Shown in pieces: positions 52,034-64,000 of a DNA stretch of 64,000 bases. How positions within the stretch are numbered: the stretch's first letter is position 1; each line of letters starts with the position of its first letter. The position numbers were made by a program, and so were the translations under genes. The DNA comes from Octopus vulgaris (lineage: Eukaryota). The stretch spans positions 64,852,001-64,916,000 of the forward strand of contig OX597823.1 of assembly GCA_951406725.2 (NCBI GenBank), written 5' to 3'. The notes under the pieces were generated by a model, which worked only from the letters and a program-made list of their open reading frames with translations, was not told the origin of the DNA and did no database searches.

Positions 52034-53638
52034 TTAATGAATTCTCTCATTCAACATAATTTACAGAATGTTTTCTCTTTTACTTGGTTTTTGCATTTGG
52101 TTTGCAAGATTCTTGATGTGAATCCGTGGATCACAGGTAAGTTCTCTGCCATTAATTCCTCACAGGAGAGTTTACTGCCATTAGTTCCCCATGCAGGAAT
52201 TTCACTGTGAGGAAAGTTAACTGCAAAGGAAAGTTTGCAGAGAAAATATATCCATAGCATCTCATGATTAATAGTTAAAAACTATTTTATTGCAAAATAA
52301 AAAAAAAAAGAACGAGAGAATTGAAGTTGAAAAATTATGTCTAAAAATCCATGCAAAGAACTTACCCTGCAGTGAATTGATGACAGTGAATTTACCAGAC
52401 ATAGAATTCGTATGTTGGAAATAATTTTTTTCTTCCTTAGGGGAATCATTCTCAAGACAGACTTGCAAACCTTGGAAGTCAGTAAGTCATAGAAAATGTT
52501 GTGAACAGTGTTGAAAGAACTTTGACTGACAAATAACTGATTGATTGTTTAACCAGCACATTAAACAAATGAGCGATTAGTGAGTTGGAAAGATAATTAA
52601 CCGGTTGACTGGGAATAAAGAAGTGGAATTGAACCAGTGCATGTGTTATTATTATTGGTGTAATGATTCCCAAGACACAGCAAAATTTTCTCTTTTAAAT
52701 TTTACTGTAGACTAATTAGAGAAGTAAGAGCAGCCCCCATGACACTTCTGACAATCTCCAGGCAGAAGGGAAAAATTTATGCCCAGACTGAAAACTTTAT
52801 CTGAAGGCCTGCAGTGCAGTGATCACTGCTACAGGCAGCCAATGCTCAGGCTGTAATGTTAAACTGAATGTTGGATTAAGTTTATCACTCATGAACAAGA
52901 ATGGCCCTTTCACTCAGATAAACTTCCACACCGATCCTGTATACTCCATCTTCCACTCAGATGAACTTTCACACAGATTCTGTGTATTCAGTTTCATTTA
53001 CACAGTTGGATCTTGGTGAGAAATTAGGCATGGCAAAACACGACTGCTTTTGAGTCCCAGAAGTAACATTGGCAGAGAGGCTGTCCACTCAAAATTACCA
53101 AGGGTGGTAACTTTTTCTGGTAATGGTTTAGCATATACAATTATAATCAACACCTAATATTTTGACTTATCCAGTTTCCTCAGTGACAGATGTCTGGTAG
53201 CCACATACAAGCAGAATCTCACTGCCAATAAAACATAGAATTTCAGTGTCGCTTCAGGTACTGATATTGCAAATAGCCAGTAGATTTATTGATAAATAAT
53301 TATTAGTGACAGAAGCAATATTAAATCCTATATATTGTTGGCAGTGAGATTCAGCTAGTATGCTGCTACAAGACATCTACCACTGAGGTGACCAGATAGG
53401 TTGAAACCACATGATCTAGCAGTCACAGTGCCTGTAGCAGCTGATTCCCACCTGCTAGCCACACACACACACACACATTTATACATATATATACATGAGT
53501 GCTTTAATGCACTATGCATCCATATGAGAGGTCCTCTCAAAGTAAATAATGTGGTATTTAGTGTTTTAACAAAGCATCCACATTAAGTTGGATACAAAGA
53601 TAGCTTTTGCTATTAATACTGCTTCTGTCATAATGATC

Positions 53639-53670
<32 letters not shown>

Positions 53671-53676
53671 TGTATG

Positions 53677-53707
<31 letters not shown>

Positions 53708-53708
53708 G

Positions 53709-53761
<53 letters not shown>

Positions 53762-53955
53762 TTGAGTAGGAAATAGAAAGTCTTTGATACTGTATTATAT
53801 ATTGAAAAAATGAATAGAAATGGTTTTTCTGATAATTTTTCTACTTTAAGAATTAGATGTTTATAAGTTATTAGATGTTCACCCAATAACTTATAAACAT
53901 CTAATTATTAAAGTGGTGAAATTATCAGAAAAACAATTTCTATTCATTTTTTCAA

Positions 53956-54038
<83 letters not shown>

Positions 54039-54100
54039 GATGTATATATATTCACACATATATATATATATGCATGCACACACACATATACATATATGTA

Positions 54101-54142
<42 letters not shown>

Positions 54143-54246
54143 CTGGAGTAAACACATAAATGTGAAACAAGGTGGAAAAAAGAGTTCTCAAATACCAGAG
54201 GTAGAGAAATATGCTTTATTTAAAAGCAGCAGAAATTCAACAAAAG

Positions 54247-54284
54247 CTGTTACTCAGCATTTCACGTTCCCGTTCGTCGGACAG
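54247..54284 (-). ncRNA. Hammerhead-like motif with CCGACGA core, in a fold-back
   Basis: Reverse complement: ctgt CCGACGA acg ggaa cgt GAAA tgctgag TA acag; the adjacent inverted copy reads ctctgag TA acag, restoring stem III. Confidence 0.6.
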
Positions 54285-54355
54285 TTTTGTTAACAAAATC
54301 TCTGAGTAACAGCTTTTGTTGAATTTCTGCTGCTTTTAAATAAAGTATATATATG

Positions 54356-54400
<45 letters not shown>

Positions 54401-54454
54401 TAAATCTCTGAGCGAGAAGTAATACATACATACATACATACATACATACATACA

Positions 54455-54525
<71 letters not shown>

Positions 54526-54588
54526 TTTATTTAAAAGCAGCAGAAATTCAACAAAAGCTGTTATATTAAATCTCTGAGTGAGAAGTAA

Positions 54589-54652
<64 letters not shown>

Positions 54653-54656
<4 letters not shown>

Positions 54657-54850
54657 ATAATCCTTAAAATGTTGGATTGTTATAATGCCCACTTGGGTAT
54701 ACATTATACTTAGTAAAACCAGTGAAGACACGACTTTCTCTGACTACCTACTATGTACACTGGTACTTCACATACTTCTCTTTACTTATAGTGACTAGGT
54801 TACTTCATTCGTCATGAGGAGTGTACCATTATTACTAATTCCATACAATA
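54653..54850 (-). repeat. 3' LTR
   Basis: tgttataatcc..atgttggattgttataa...gaggagtgtaccattattactaattcc..acaata; PPT at 54851-54861. Confidence 0.85.
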
Positions 54851-55049
54851 TCTCCCCTTTTAAATGTTTCTGAGGAACTGTCATTTTGTTTAGCAACAAT
54901 TTTTTTATTCATTTAATATTTTTTTGTGCTTGGCATCTATTTTCAGGAGCTCTGTATGGTTTCTTTTCCTTTCACTAGTACATCTGGGTTCAATTACCTG
55001 CAGTGGCATGAGAACTTGGAATGCATCATACAACCATTCCATCAGTTCT

Positions 55050-55830
55050 TCCAACTTGTTTAGTTTGCTTTCCACAAATCTTTTTCAGTTGGTTCCTGCA
55101 TCTCTTTTGTATACCTTTTCTACTTCTTACCCAATACATTATTTTACCTATGAATTTGGTAATTATGCCATCTTCCCAACTATGCTTTTCATTTTTGTAT
55201 GCCCTCATATATATATACCTTTTCACTAACTTTAAAGAATCTTGCTATCTCTTCCCAGGCACTTTCTCTTTTCTTGCCAGGTAGCAATTTATTAAAAACT
55301 GATTTTACTTTCTTTGCAAACATTAGCTCCTCTGCTGAGCTACCTGCTGGTGTATTCAGATTTGGTGTCACACAGTGCACTCTTAAACATTGTTGTAGAC
55401 CTGCCTCATCCATGACTTCCTTATTTGATTTTCTAAGGGCTCTTTTGAAGGTATCAGCAAAACATTCTGTCTGTCCATTAGATCTGGGATAGTATGGCAC
55501 ATAGTTCTACCATGAACGTTTCACAAAAATCTTTTAAATTCGCTAGACACAAATTGTGTTCCTTTGTCAGACACTATCTTGTCTGGGATGCCAAATCTTG
55601 CAAATAATTCAGGTAAAAAAATTATCACAGTTGAGGAGGCTGGTTTTTTTTATACTTACAAATTTCAGGCTATTTCAAAAAACTACCAACTACCACTAAG
55701 TAGTGAGAACCATTTAAAAGACCAGCAAAATCAATGTGTAGTCTCGACCACGAAACATTTACTTTTAAACAACGTTTACTTTTTATCGTGGGCATTTTTT
55801 GATTTCATTTTGGCTTACATACAGGTAATC
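55050..55830 (-). pseudogene. Gypsy integrase remnant
   Basis: WSRLHIDFAGLLNGSHYLVVVGSF, FARFGIPDKIVSDKGTQF, PYYPRSNGQTECFADTFKRALRK. Confidence 0.85.
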
Positions 55831-55899
55831 TACTCTGTTTTACTGCAATTTTTTGTTTCAGTCTCTCAGCCGCATTCGAAACTTCAACTGAACTGACTA

Positions 55900-57100
55900 T
55901 ATATTTTCACACAAAACACTTATGGGCATATTCCATACTTTGAATAGTTCCATCCACTCTGTGCTGAATAAATTAAGTGAACTTTTTAACACATATATCT
56001 TTGCCTTTTTTGCTTGACCTCATAATGTTACATTATATACGAATTCATTGAAAAATATCATTTTTTCCCCCATAACACCATGTGCTACTTTTTTCAATTT
56101 AATTAATTTCACCTTACCAACATACTTCTAAGTTTTTTTTTCGTTTATAATGGTGAAATAACTACCAGTGTCTAACTGCATTTTAACACTTGTATTTCTG
56201 ATTTTCACCTTCACGAATTTCCTCCTCATTATATAACCAATTTCTTCTGATGACATACTATTTATTCTTTTTCCTTTGTTCTGATGTTTTGTCATATTCG
56301 TTCTACAATGTGTCTTCATATGTCTTGTATTTCCACAATGAAAGCACTCCACTTTCTTAAACAGACAATTTTTCCTCAGATGTATATCTCCACATGTAAA
56401 CATGGATTTATTTCTTGATTTTTTTGTTGTGTTTTTTAGAAAACTCTTTATCTCTATTCTGACTGTTTCACACTTATTTTACTTAAAAACAATCTTTCCG
56501 GTTGATTACCTCTGTATCGTGTCTTAATTTTTCTATCCTTTCACATTCTTCTGACACTTGCTGTAGGATTACATCCAGGTTTTGTTCCAGCTTGGTGGGA
56601 ATTCTAGTTCTAACTTCTGCGGCTTTTTCGACAGTAAGTCCCTGTGTAAAAATCAGGCATTTGAACGTATCTGTCATTAATTCACCCAGCTCAAACTTCT
56701 CACATTCGCTGTTTACTCTACCACCATATGTGATGTAATCCTCATCATTGTGTTTCTGTGTTCAGACACTTCCATTATATGTTGAACAATGAGCTTTTTT
56801 CATTGAAAATTTTACACAGTATATCTATTGAGTCATTAAAGTTTGTCTGAAGATTTTCTTGGGACTACATAATTGTTGTAATTGTTGTAATGCTACCTCC
56901 AGTTTTCTTAAGATTAAGCATATTTTCATCTTGTCGTCCCAATCTTTACATTATTTATCACAGATTTGCTCATATCTTCTGTTGTAAGCCGCAACAATAG
57001 CCCCTTCATCTGGTTCGTATTTGAAATGTTATCTAGTTTGCAACATAGGCTGGCGAGGACATTTTTTTATGAATTTCCTGATGACTTCATTAATTGCAGT
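55900..57100 (-). pseudogene. Gypsy gag (tandem zinc knuckles) plus aspartic protease remnant
   Basis: FTCGDIHLRKNC..CFHCGNTRHMKTHC; MQLDTGSYFTII; TDTFKCLIFTQGL..EVRTRI..LEQ. Confidence 0.85.
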
Positions 57101-57301
57101 ATTTGTTATTGTAAAATTAAATTGTTGTTGTTGCTTCTGTCGTTGTTCTTGCAGTAGAATCTACTGTTGTTGTTTTTGCAAGCCAGCCAACAAATTTTCC
57201 ATATTTTTCATAAAATTTGCACAACAAAAACTTTGTGAGTTTGTTAACTCCTCATGAGTTCATTCCTCATCAAGTTTATTAATACTTCGTGAGTTGTTTA
57301 A

Positions 57302-57314
57302 ATCTTCATCGCCA
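57302..57314 (-). other. Primer binding site, tRNA-Ser(GCU)-like
   Basis: Reverse complement tggcgatgaagat versus TGGCGACGAGGAT expected from the 3' end of metazoan tRNA-Ser(GCU) (2 transitions; reference recalled, not looked up). Confidence 0.6.
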
Positions 57315-57315
57315 C

Positions 57316-57511
57316 TGTTAAAGTCCTTGAAATGTTGGATTGTTATAACACCCACTTCAGTATACCAGTAAAACAAGTAAAGACATGACTATCTCTGACC
57401 ACCTACTATGTACTCTAGTACTTTGTGTACTTCTGTTTACTTATAGTAACTATGTTATTCCATTCATCACTTGGGAGGAGTGTACCATTATTACTAATTC
57501 CCTCAACAATA
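57316..57511 (-). repeat. 5' LTR
   Basis: Direct repeat of 54653-54850 with many substitutions. Confidence 0.85.
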
Positions 57512-57656
57512 TATATGTGTGTATGTGCATGTGTATACACATAAACACACACACACACACACATATATGTATATATATCTGGATATATGTAAGGACACAG
57601 TACTGCAATACACATACACAAAGAAACAAACAACTAAGCACAAAAACATGCTCATG

Positions 57657-58049
57657 TGCAGGAGTAGCTGTGTGGTAAGTAGCTTGCTTACCAACCACAT
57701 GGTTCCGGGTTCAGTCCCACTGCGTGGCACCTTAGGCAAGTGTCTTCTACTATAGCCTCAGGCTGACCAAAGCCTTGTGAGTGGATCTGGTTGACTGAAA
57801 CTGAAAGAAGACCGTCGTATATATGTATACGTATATATATGTGTGTGTATGTTTGTATGTTTGTGTTTGACCCCCTCCCCCAAGTCGCTTGACAACTGAT
57901 GGTGGTGTGCTTACGTCCCCGTAATTTAGCGGTTCGGCATAAGAGACCAATAGAATAAGTACTAGGCTTACAAAGAATAAGTCCTGGGGTCGATTTGCTT
58001 GACTAAAGGTGGCCACAGTCAAATTACTGAAACAAGTAAAAGAGTAAAG
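57657..58049 (+). mobile_element. SINE family A
   Basis: Near-full-length copy. Confidence 0.85.
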
Positions 58050-58725
58050 AATATACGCGTTTCTTATAGTTGCCAAACGCTACCTCTCCACCACTTCGTG
58101 ACATTTTCCCCTATATAATAGTGTACTATTAAAAGAAGATATGTGCATCATTAATAAATATTTTTACCAGCAGTGTAGTGATGGATAAAGACCTAGTTCA
58201 TGATAATTTTGTCTCTCTAAGTTTTGTCTTCTCAGTGTTTTCGAAGTTTTGTCAAATGTGTGGCTCGAATAAGCCATAAAACAGGGGAAAATGCATGACA
58301 AGAAATTAGGATGAGTTAGAATTAAGAGAGATAAGGGTAATTCTGATAGGCAGTAGCCTATATTTAAGTTGCAATAAGCATGCAGTTGCAAAGGGAGGAT
58401 TTGGAAATGGAGTCATTATTAAGGCAATGGAGGAAGTGCCAGAGAGGTCTTTGAAGGAAGGGTTTTAAGGATCTATAAGATTCAAAGCTGACAAATGGAA
58501 TCGGCTAAAATCAAAATTTATTTCTTCTTATTGCAAGATAAGGACAAATCTCGATGTTGCTAAGAACACCATCTTATACAGTATGCACGTATTTATGTAT
58601 ATGTGGATGTTTGTATGCACGTACTTGTGTATGTATGTCTATGTGTTTGTAACCTGACAGGCATACACGCATATACATACATATGTGTTTGTGTGTGTGA
58701 GTGTATGTGTGCATGTGTGCGTGCA

Positions 58726-58763
<38 letters not shown>

Positions 58764-58902
58764 ACATACACACACACACACTGTCACACATACATGCATA
58801 TATATGCATCTTTATCTATGCATGTGTATATAAGCATATGAATATGATGTATACAATTGATATAGTCTTCAAATCCTTATTTACAGACCTAAAATTTTGA
58901 GT

Positions 58903-59120
58903 TACTCTTTTACTCTTTTACTTGTTTCAGTCATTTGACTGTGGCCATGCTGGAGCACTGCCTTTATAGTCAAGCAAATCAATTCCAGAGCTTATTCTTT
59001 ATAAGCCTAGTACTTATTCTATCGGTCTCTTTTGCTGAACCGCTAAGTTACAGGGACGTAAACACACCAGCATTGGTTGTCAAGCGATGTTGGGGAGACA
59101 AAAACAAACACACACACACT

Positions 59121-59152
<32 letters not shown>

Positions 59153-59275
59153 CATATATACGACAGGCTTCTTTCAGTTTCCGTCTACCAAATGCACTCA
59201 CAAGGCTTTGGTTGGCCTGAGGCCATAGTAGAAGACGCTTGCCAAGCTACTTTCCACACAACCACTCCTACGCCT
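58903..59275 (-). mobile_element. SINE family A with internal deletion
   Basis: Reverse complement of family A, missing part of the B-box region. Confidence 0.8.
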
Positions 59276-59317
59276 GTGCATAAATTTTTTCAATATCCTT
59301 GGAATTGTGCATTGAGA

Positions 59318-59815
59318 ATTTATTCCCCCTCCCACAGAATTAGACTGTTAATTACAAGTTCTTCTGTGATGTTTTGAAGCGTTTGAGGGAGGACATTCAA
59401 TGAAAGCAAGGGGATCTGTGGAGCGTGAAGAATAGGATTCTTCACAGCAATGATGAACCATCACCGAGCTCTCTTCCCTTGTGAGTTTCTCTCTGAAAAC
59501 AACATGCTATCACTTCCACACCCACTCTATTCGCCAGATTTAGCACCTGCAGACTTCTATCTCTTCCCCAAGATGAAAATGCAGCTAAGGTCGCTGTTTT
59601 AACATCGCTGTCGAGATCCAGAGTGAATCACAGAAAGTCGTTGGCTTGCTTATAGAAAACAACTTCCAGGTCGGATTCCAAAAGTGGTAGGAATGCTGGG
59701 ACTGGTGTATTGCTGTGCAAGGTGACTATTTCGAAAGAAATGATGGTAAAACTTAGGTAAATAAGTTATTTTGTATTAAACATAACTAGTCATGGGACTT
59801 TTTGATGCCACCTCG
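59318..59815 (+). mobile_element. Mariner 3' fragment (second family)
   Basis: TVNYKFFCDVLKRLREDI..SLPHPLYSPDLAPADFYLFPKMKMQL..W..CIAVQGDYFE; right TIR ...ggactttttgatgccacctcg|TA. Confidence 0.85.
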
Positions 59816-59829
59816 TACATTCCATTTGG

Positions 59830-61760
59830 TTGATTGTGCAATATTTAAATTTCATTCTGATTCCTTTCCTTCTGATTAGAAATTTGTTTTCCTGTGTTAC
59901 CTAAACAGCTGTAGGTAACTTTAACTGTTTTGAATACTCTTGGGTATCTTTGCAAAGTGGGAAGTTGTGCATGTTCCAGTTTTGGAATGTGTCTTCTTAC
60001 ATTTGAAATCACTGTTATGTTTCAAGGAGCATTAAACCAAATTATGCTTTATTTGGGTAGTTAGTGTTTTGTAGCAAGTTTCATGATATATTTCTGTTTG
60101 AAGTTAATGCTCACTTCTTTCTAATGGTTGGCTAGAGTAGGGGACTCGAATTTTGAAACTGTCTCTACTAAATAAGGCATTAGATGTATGCCTATTACTG
60201 TTATGTTTTATTTTGCTGATGATTATATTTAATGTTATATGTTGCTAATTTGCCATTTTCAGGTTTGTATTTATTGTGGTTTTAGTGCATTCATTGAAAA
60301 TAATAGTTCATGTCTTTCTAAGCCTGCCACTCAGATGTCCATTCATGCCATGGTATACTCTATGCTTGTGACATAAGAGTAATCTTATATTGGAAATTTC
60401 ATCCTGCTTTTCAAGGTGCACAGTATGTGCAGTACAATTAAATCTGATGTTTCAATTCTGTCATAGCTTCCTACTGCTTTATAGAAAAATATTCATAATT
60501 CTTAACCATTAATACATAGTCATAAAATAATAATAACTTTCTTGCATTCTTTAATATATTCATTTCAGTTTTGGGTTCTCAGCTCTCTAATGCTTCCAGA
60601 AAAATGATTTTAAGATTAGATATTTAAAATTTAAACTTGTTCAACTTATTTTTGATTTGAATAAACCCCTTAATTGGGATATTGCTGAGGTCCCATCATG
60701 TTAAGTTTGTTGCTTGTTTTGTTTTCATATATATTTTCTGTTGATAGCGATTTTTCGTTGAGTTGATAACATCTGTAATTTGATATAGCTATGCAATTTC
60801 AATTAGGGTACTTTATTGTTATCTAGAACTTGCATATTTAAAGTATTCAACTCAATTTTCTGGATTTATATGTGTAATTAAAGTTTCTATCTTATCGTTT
60901 ATGATGTTGTTAATATTTGGGTTTATTTTCATGTTATTGTCTCCAGTTCACTTCTATGGCTTACTTAAATGTCTCAGGAATAATAAATGCTAATTTACTC
61001 CTTTTTGTAAGCTTTTAGTATTAAAATTGAATTTAATTTTTAGAATTTTAATTATTTTTACATCTTTATTTTGCAAAGGGCCTCTTTTTTATTATTTTGA
61101 AAACAAATTTATTTCTTATTTCTTTACTGCCCACAAGGGGCTACATACAGAGGGGACAAACAAGGACAGACAAATGGATTAAGTCGATTACAGCAACCCC
61201 ACTGTGCAACTGGTACTTAATTTATTGACCCCGAAAGGATGAAAGGTAAAGTCGACCTCGGCAGAATTTGAACTCAGAATGTAACGGAAGACGAAATACC
61301 TATTTCTTTACTACCCACAGGGGTCTAAACACAGAGGGGACAAACAAAGACAGACAAATGGATTAAGTCGATTATATCGACCCCAGTGCGTAACTGGTAC
61401 TTAATTTATCGACCCCGAAAGGATGAAAGGCAAAGTCGTCTTCGGCGGAATTTGAACACAGAATGTAACGGCAGACGAAATACTGTTGAGTATTTCGCCT
61501 GGCGTGCTTACAGTTCTGCCAGCTCACCACCCTAAACAAATTTATTTCTGTAGATATGTTATAAATGCGTTTGTCATTGAAGTATCTCTTCTATTTCACA
61601 CTTTTGATTACAATTTTGATTTCATTGAGTGAAACTGTATAATAGGTTTTACTAATGGTGATGTTTTCAAATCATTGAGTGGCAATTATTTTCCTATTAT
61701 TTAGCTTTGTGCTCATGGTTCATTTATTGTACTCCACTTGTTGGGGTTATTTCATAGGGT
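59830..61760 (-). mobile_element. Highly degenerate Penelope-like (Neptune-type) RT ORF, interrupted by a SINE
   Basis: Reverse-strand islands: IKIVIKSVK*KRYF (compare IKRMRWKA.FF), HINPEN (RLINP), SIIWFNAP (NIIWFNPP), TVKVTYSCLGN (TVKVSYSCMPN). Confidence 0.6.
61116..61532 (-). mobile_element. SINE family B, 1.8-mer
   Basis: Junction gacgaaatacc|tatttctttac; TSD-like aaacaaatttatttct on both flanks. Confidence 0.85.
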
Positions 61761-61879
61761 GTTCTGATAATAGGCTAGAAAATTGCTATATTAATGTGGG
61801 AAACTCTGTCTAATGTACAGTAAATCATGAAGCATTGTGCATCACTACCCAGAGATTCCAAAATTCTTGATTCTTTAAA

Positions 61880-62278
61880 TACTCTTTTACTCTTTTACTT
61901 GTTTCAGTCATTTGACTGTGGCCATGCTGGAGCATCGCCTTTAGTCGAGCAAATCGACCTCAGGACTTATTCTTTGGAAGCCTAGTACTTATTCTATTGG
62001 TCTCTTTTGCCAAACCGCTAAGTTACGGGGACGTAAACACACCAGCATCGTTTGTCAAGTGATGTTGGCAGGACAAACATAGACACACAAACATATACGC
62101 ACACACACACATTTATATATATACATATATACGACGGGCTTCTTTCAGTTTCCATCTACCAAATAAACTCACAAGGCTATAGTAGAAGACACTTGCCCAA
62201 AGTGCCACACAGTGGGACTGAACCCAGAACCATGTGGTTTGTAAGCAAGCTACTTACCACACAGCCACTCCTACGCCT
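61880..62278 (-). mobile_element. SINE family A
   Basis: Reverse complement of family A. Confidence 0.85.
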
Positions 62279-62597
62279 ATGATAACATTTTATTTTAAAA
62301 TAGAAAGAATCCAAAATATCTATGGTAGTTTCATGATGCAATGATTTCATTGAGTAAGCTAGGCCATATGTATCTTGTAGGAAAGGTTTTGGTTAAGCAC
62401 ATAAATCATACTGAAAAAATTATTTGTCATGATAAATAACTCTTTTCATCCTCTTATTAAAATGTTCCATTTTCAAGTCATTCATTAACGACTTAACACT
62501 TGGAGATATCAATTTTTGCTATCTAAACATTGACTGTGAATTTAATCAGTTTGAAATTCAACTATGGCTGGTATTGAGATTTGTATGAAATATTAAA

Positions 62598-62962
62598 TCT
62601 ATATATATAAAGCTGAAGTTGTCTGTGTGTAGCAGGATTGGTAGCCTTCAGCTAACACTATCTACTCCGAGACCCTGCGGTGCAAGTTGACCAAATTTGA
62701 AAGTATGATAGAAGAAAGCTTGCTCTTCATTCCGTAGAAGATAAAATTCAAATCTGACCATGTTAAGAACAAAAATTATTTACATCAAAAAGATGCTTTT
62801 TTTCTATGAAAATCCCTATTTTTTATGATTTTTTTGACTGCTGTGTCACCATTTTTCGGTGTATTTCAACCAGAAAAATGTTCACTTAAAGAGAATAACA
62901 AGCTACATAATGCAAAATTTTTACTTTTCAAAAATTCCAATTCTAAAGAGTCAAAACAAAAC
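62598..62962 (+). mobile_element. Non-autonomous Helitron 5' portion
   Basis: a|TCtatatatataaagctgaag..tgtctgtgtg..ttgaccaaattt, a typical non-autonomous Helitron start; 3' hairpin/CTAG not seen. Confidence 0.55.
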
Positions 62963-62964
62963 TC

Positions 62965-63250
62965 TTGGCTGGTAAAATTTTTGTGAGCTTCTCCATTGCA
63001 CACAAATTGCTGCTACTACCATCCTAATTCTATGCTTTTGTCTTTACAGCCAATTGTATTGGGTGCTTGCGTTCTTATTTGTCTTTGAGATATTTTGATA
63101 ATAAGTGCTATTGCTTTTGTTCATTGCCTGAAAGAATGTTTTTGCTCAGAACATATTGTTTTCCATGGTTTCCAAGTTTATAAATTTAATAAAGTATTAA
63201 TAGAAGCTTCAAGGTTACTCACTTGTCAAACTAAGCAGTATATTCTTTGA
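62965..63250 (-). mobile_element. Degenerate Penelope GIY-YIG endonuclease remnant
   Basis: Reverse-strand translation: EQKHSFRQ, LSKYLKDK, GSSSNLCAMEKL (compare HK.SF..LSKYIW.LK..CNLCL.EK). Confidence 0.55.
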
Positions 63251-64000
63251 GGATTTTATATCTGTATTATAAAATTGTATATATTCGATGCGCCATTCAA
63301 GTTTACAATATAGACAAATTTGACTTCCAAAGAGTACTTTGGTTCATTGAGAAAAAAAATACCAGCAGGAATATTTTGTAAAATTGATTTTAGAATAAAG
63401 TGTTTTACATGTGTATATGTGTGTGTGTATGTGTCTGTGTGTATCTGTGTATGTGTATGTGCATGTGTGTATGTGTGTGTGTGTATCTGCATGTGTGTAT
63501 GTGTGTGTTTATATATACATATGTGTGAATGTGTGCCAGCAGTTTGTGTGCATACAGCTGGGTGTACATGTGTTAGTATATGAATGTCTTGGAACACACA
63601 CACACCCACTCATGCATGCATAAATTTAAGGCAGTCATAAAAAAAAAAAAAAAACGGCATTCTTGTTTGATGATTACTCTTCTGAAAAAGAATCACAATT
63701 CCACCCAATCATTCTGTATTCTTGAAAATTCACCAATAAGTTTAGATATGAAGGTTTCAACTATGATGAAGTCTCATTCAATGCAGTATTTGATTTATAC
63801 ACTAATTCACTAGTATAGATCTAGGTAAGAGAAAATATGAGAAACAAACTTCCATATTATTCAAAATCAATACTCTGATTAGAAAAAAGACACCTCCACA
63901 TTGTAAAATTCCTATTTCCCCAGCATAAATATTGATAAAACAACAACTCAAATTCGTTTAAAGAAAGCTTTTCAACATTAGCAAACTTCACTGACACACT

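Larger units (their letters stand above)
54653..57511 (-). mobile_element. Gypsy (Mag/K02A2.6-like) LTR retrotransposon, internally deleted
   Basis: Direct repeats of about 197 bp (54653-54850 and 57316-57511); PBS-like tggcgatgaagat next to the 5' LTR; PPT aaaaggggaga next to the 3' LTR; gag, PR and IN remnants in between. Confidence 0.9.

Noticed and set aside
63222-63260. Possible kinase micro-exon DIKSSKNILLSLT on the - strand with AG/GT ends
   Set aside because: One residue too many for the HRDxKxxN loop, overlaps a Penelope endonuclease remnant, and no other kinase exons were found.

Overview
AT-rich eukaryotic (animal) genomic DNA dominated by repeats. The tRNA-derived SINE families and the heavy load of (TA)n, (TATC)n, (AAT)n and (GAT)n microsatellites point to an octopus/cephalopod genome (inference). 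I found no convincing host protein-coding gene; almost all listed ORFs are microsatellite or SINE read-throughs. Recognisable elements: a near-complete mariner (22437-23704) and a second mariner 3' fragment; a Gypsy (Mag-like) LTR element carrying gag-PR-IN but no RT/RNaseH (54653-57511); degenerate Penelope-like (Neptune-type) RT and GIY-YIG remnants; Helitron Rep and helicase remnants; a hAT transposase remnant; R4/Dong-like and RTE LINE fragments; hAT, piggyBac and HINE-type non-autonomous elements; and dozens of SINEs. The most notable signal is non-coding. At 19285-20920 lies a back-to-back inverted tandem array of a 353-bp, highly self-complementary unit, each copy carrying a type I hammerhead ribozyme with a palindromic stem III (four intact cores, one with deletions), i.e. 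a retrozyme-like circRNA module. A diverged relative with a compensatory base-pair change sits at about 46 kb, and about seven other distinct hammerhead-like motifs are scattered through the window, mostly in fold-back insertions within (TA)n tracts. Coordinates of degenerate elements are approximate and were read by eye.
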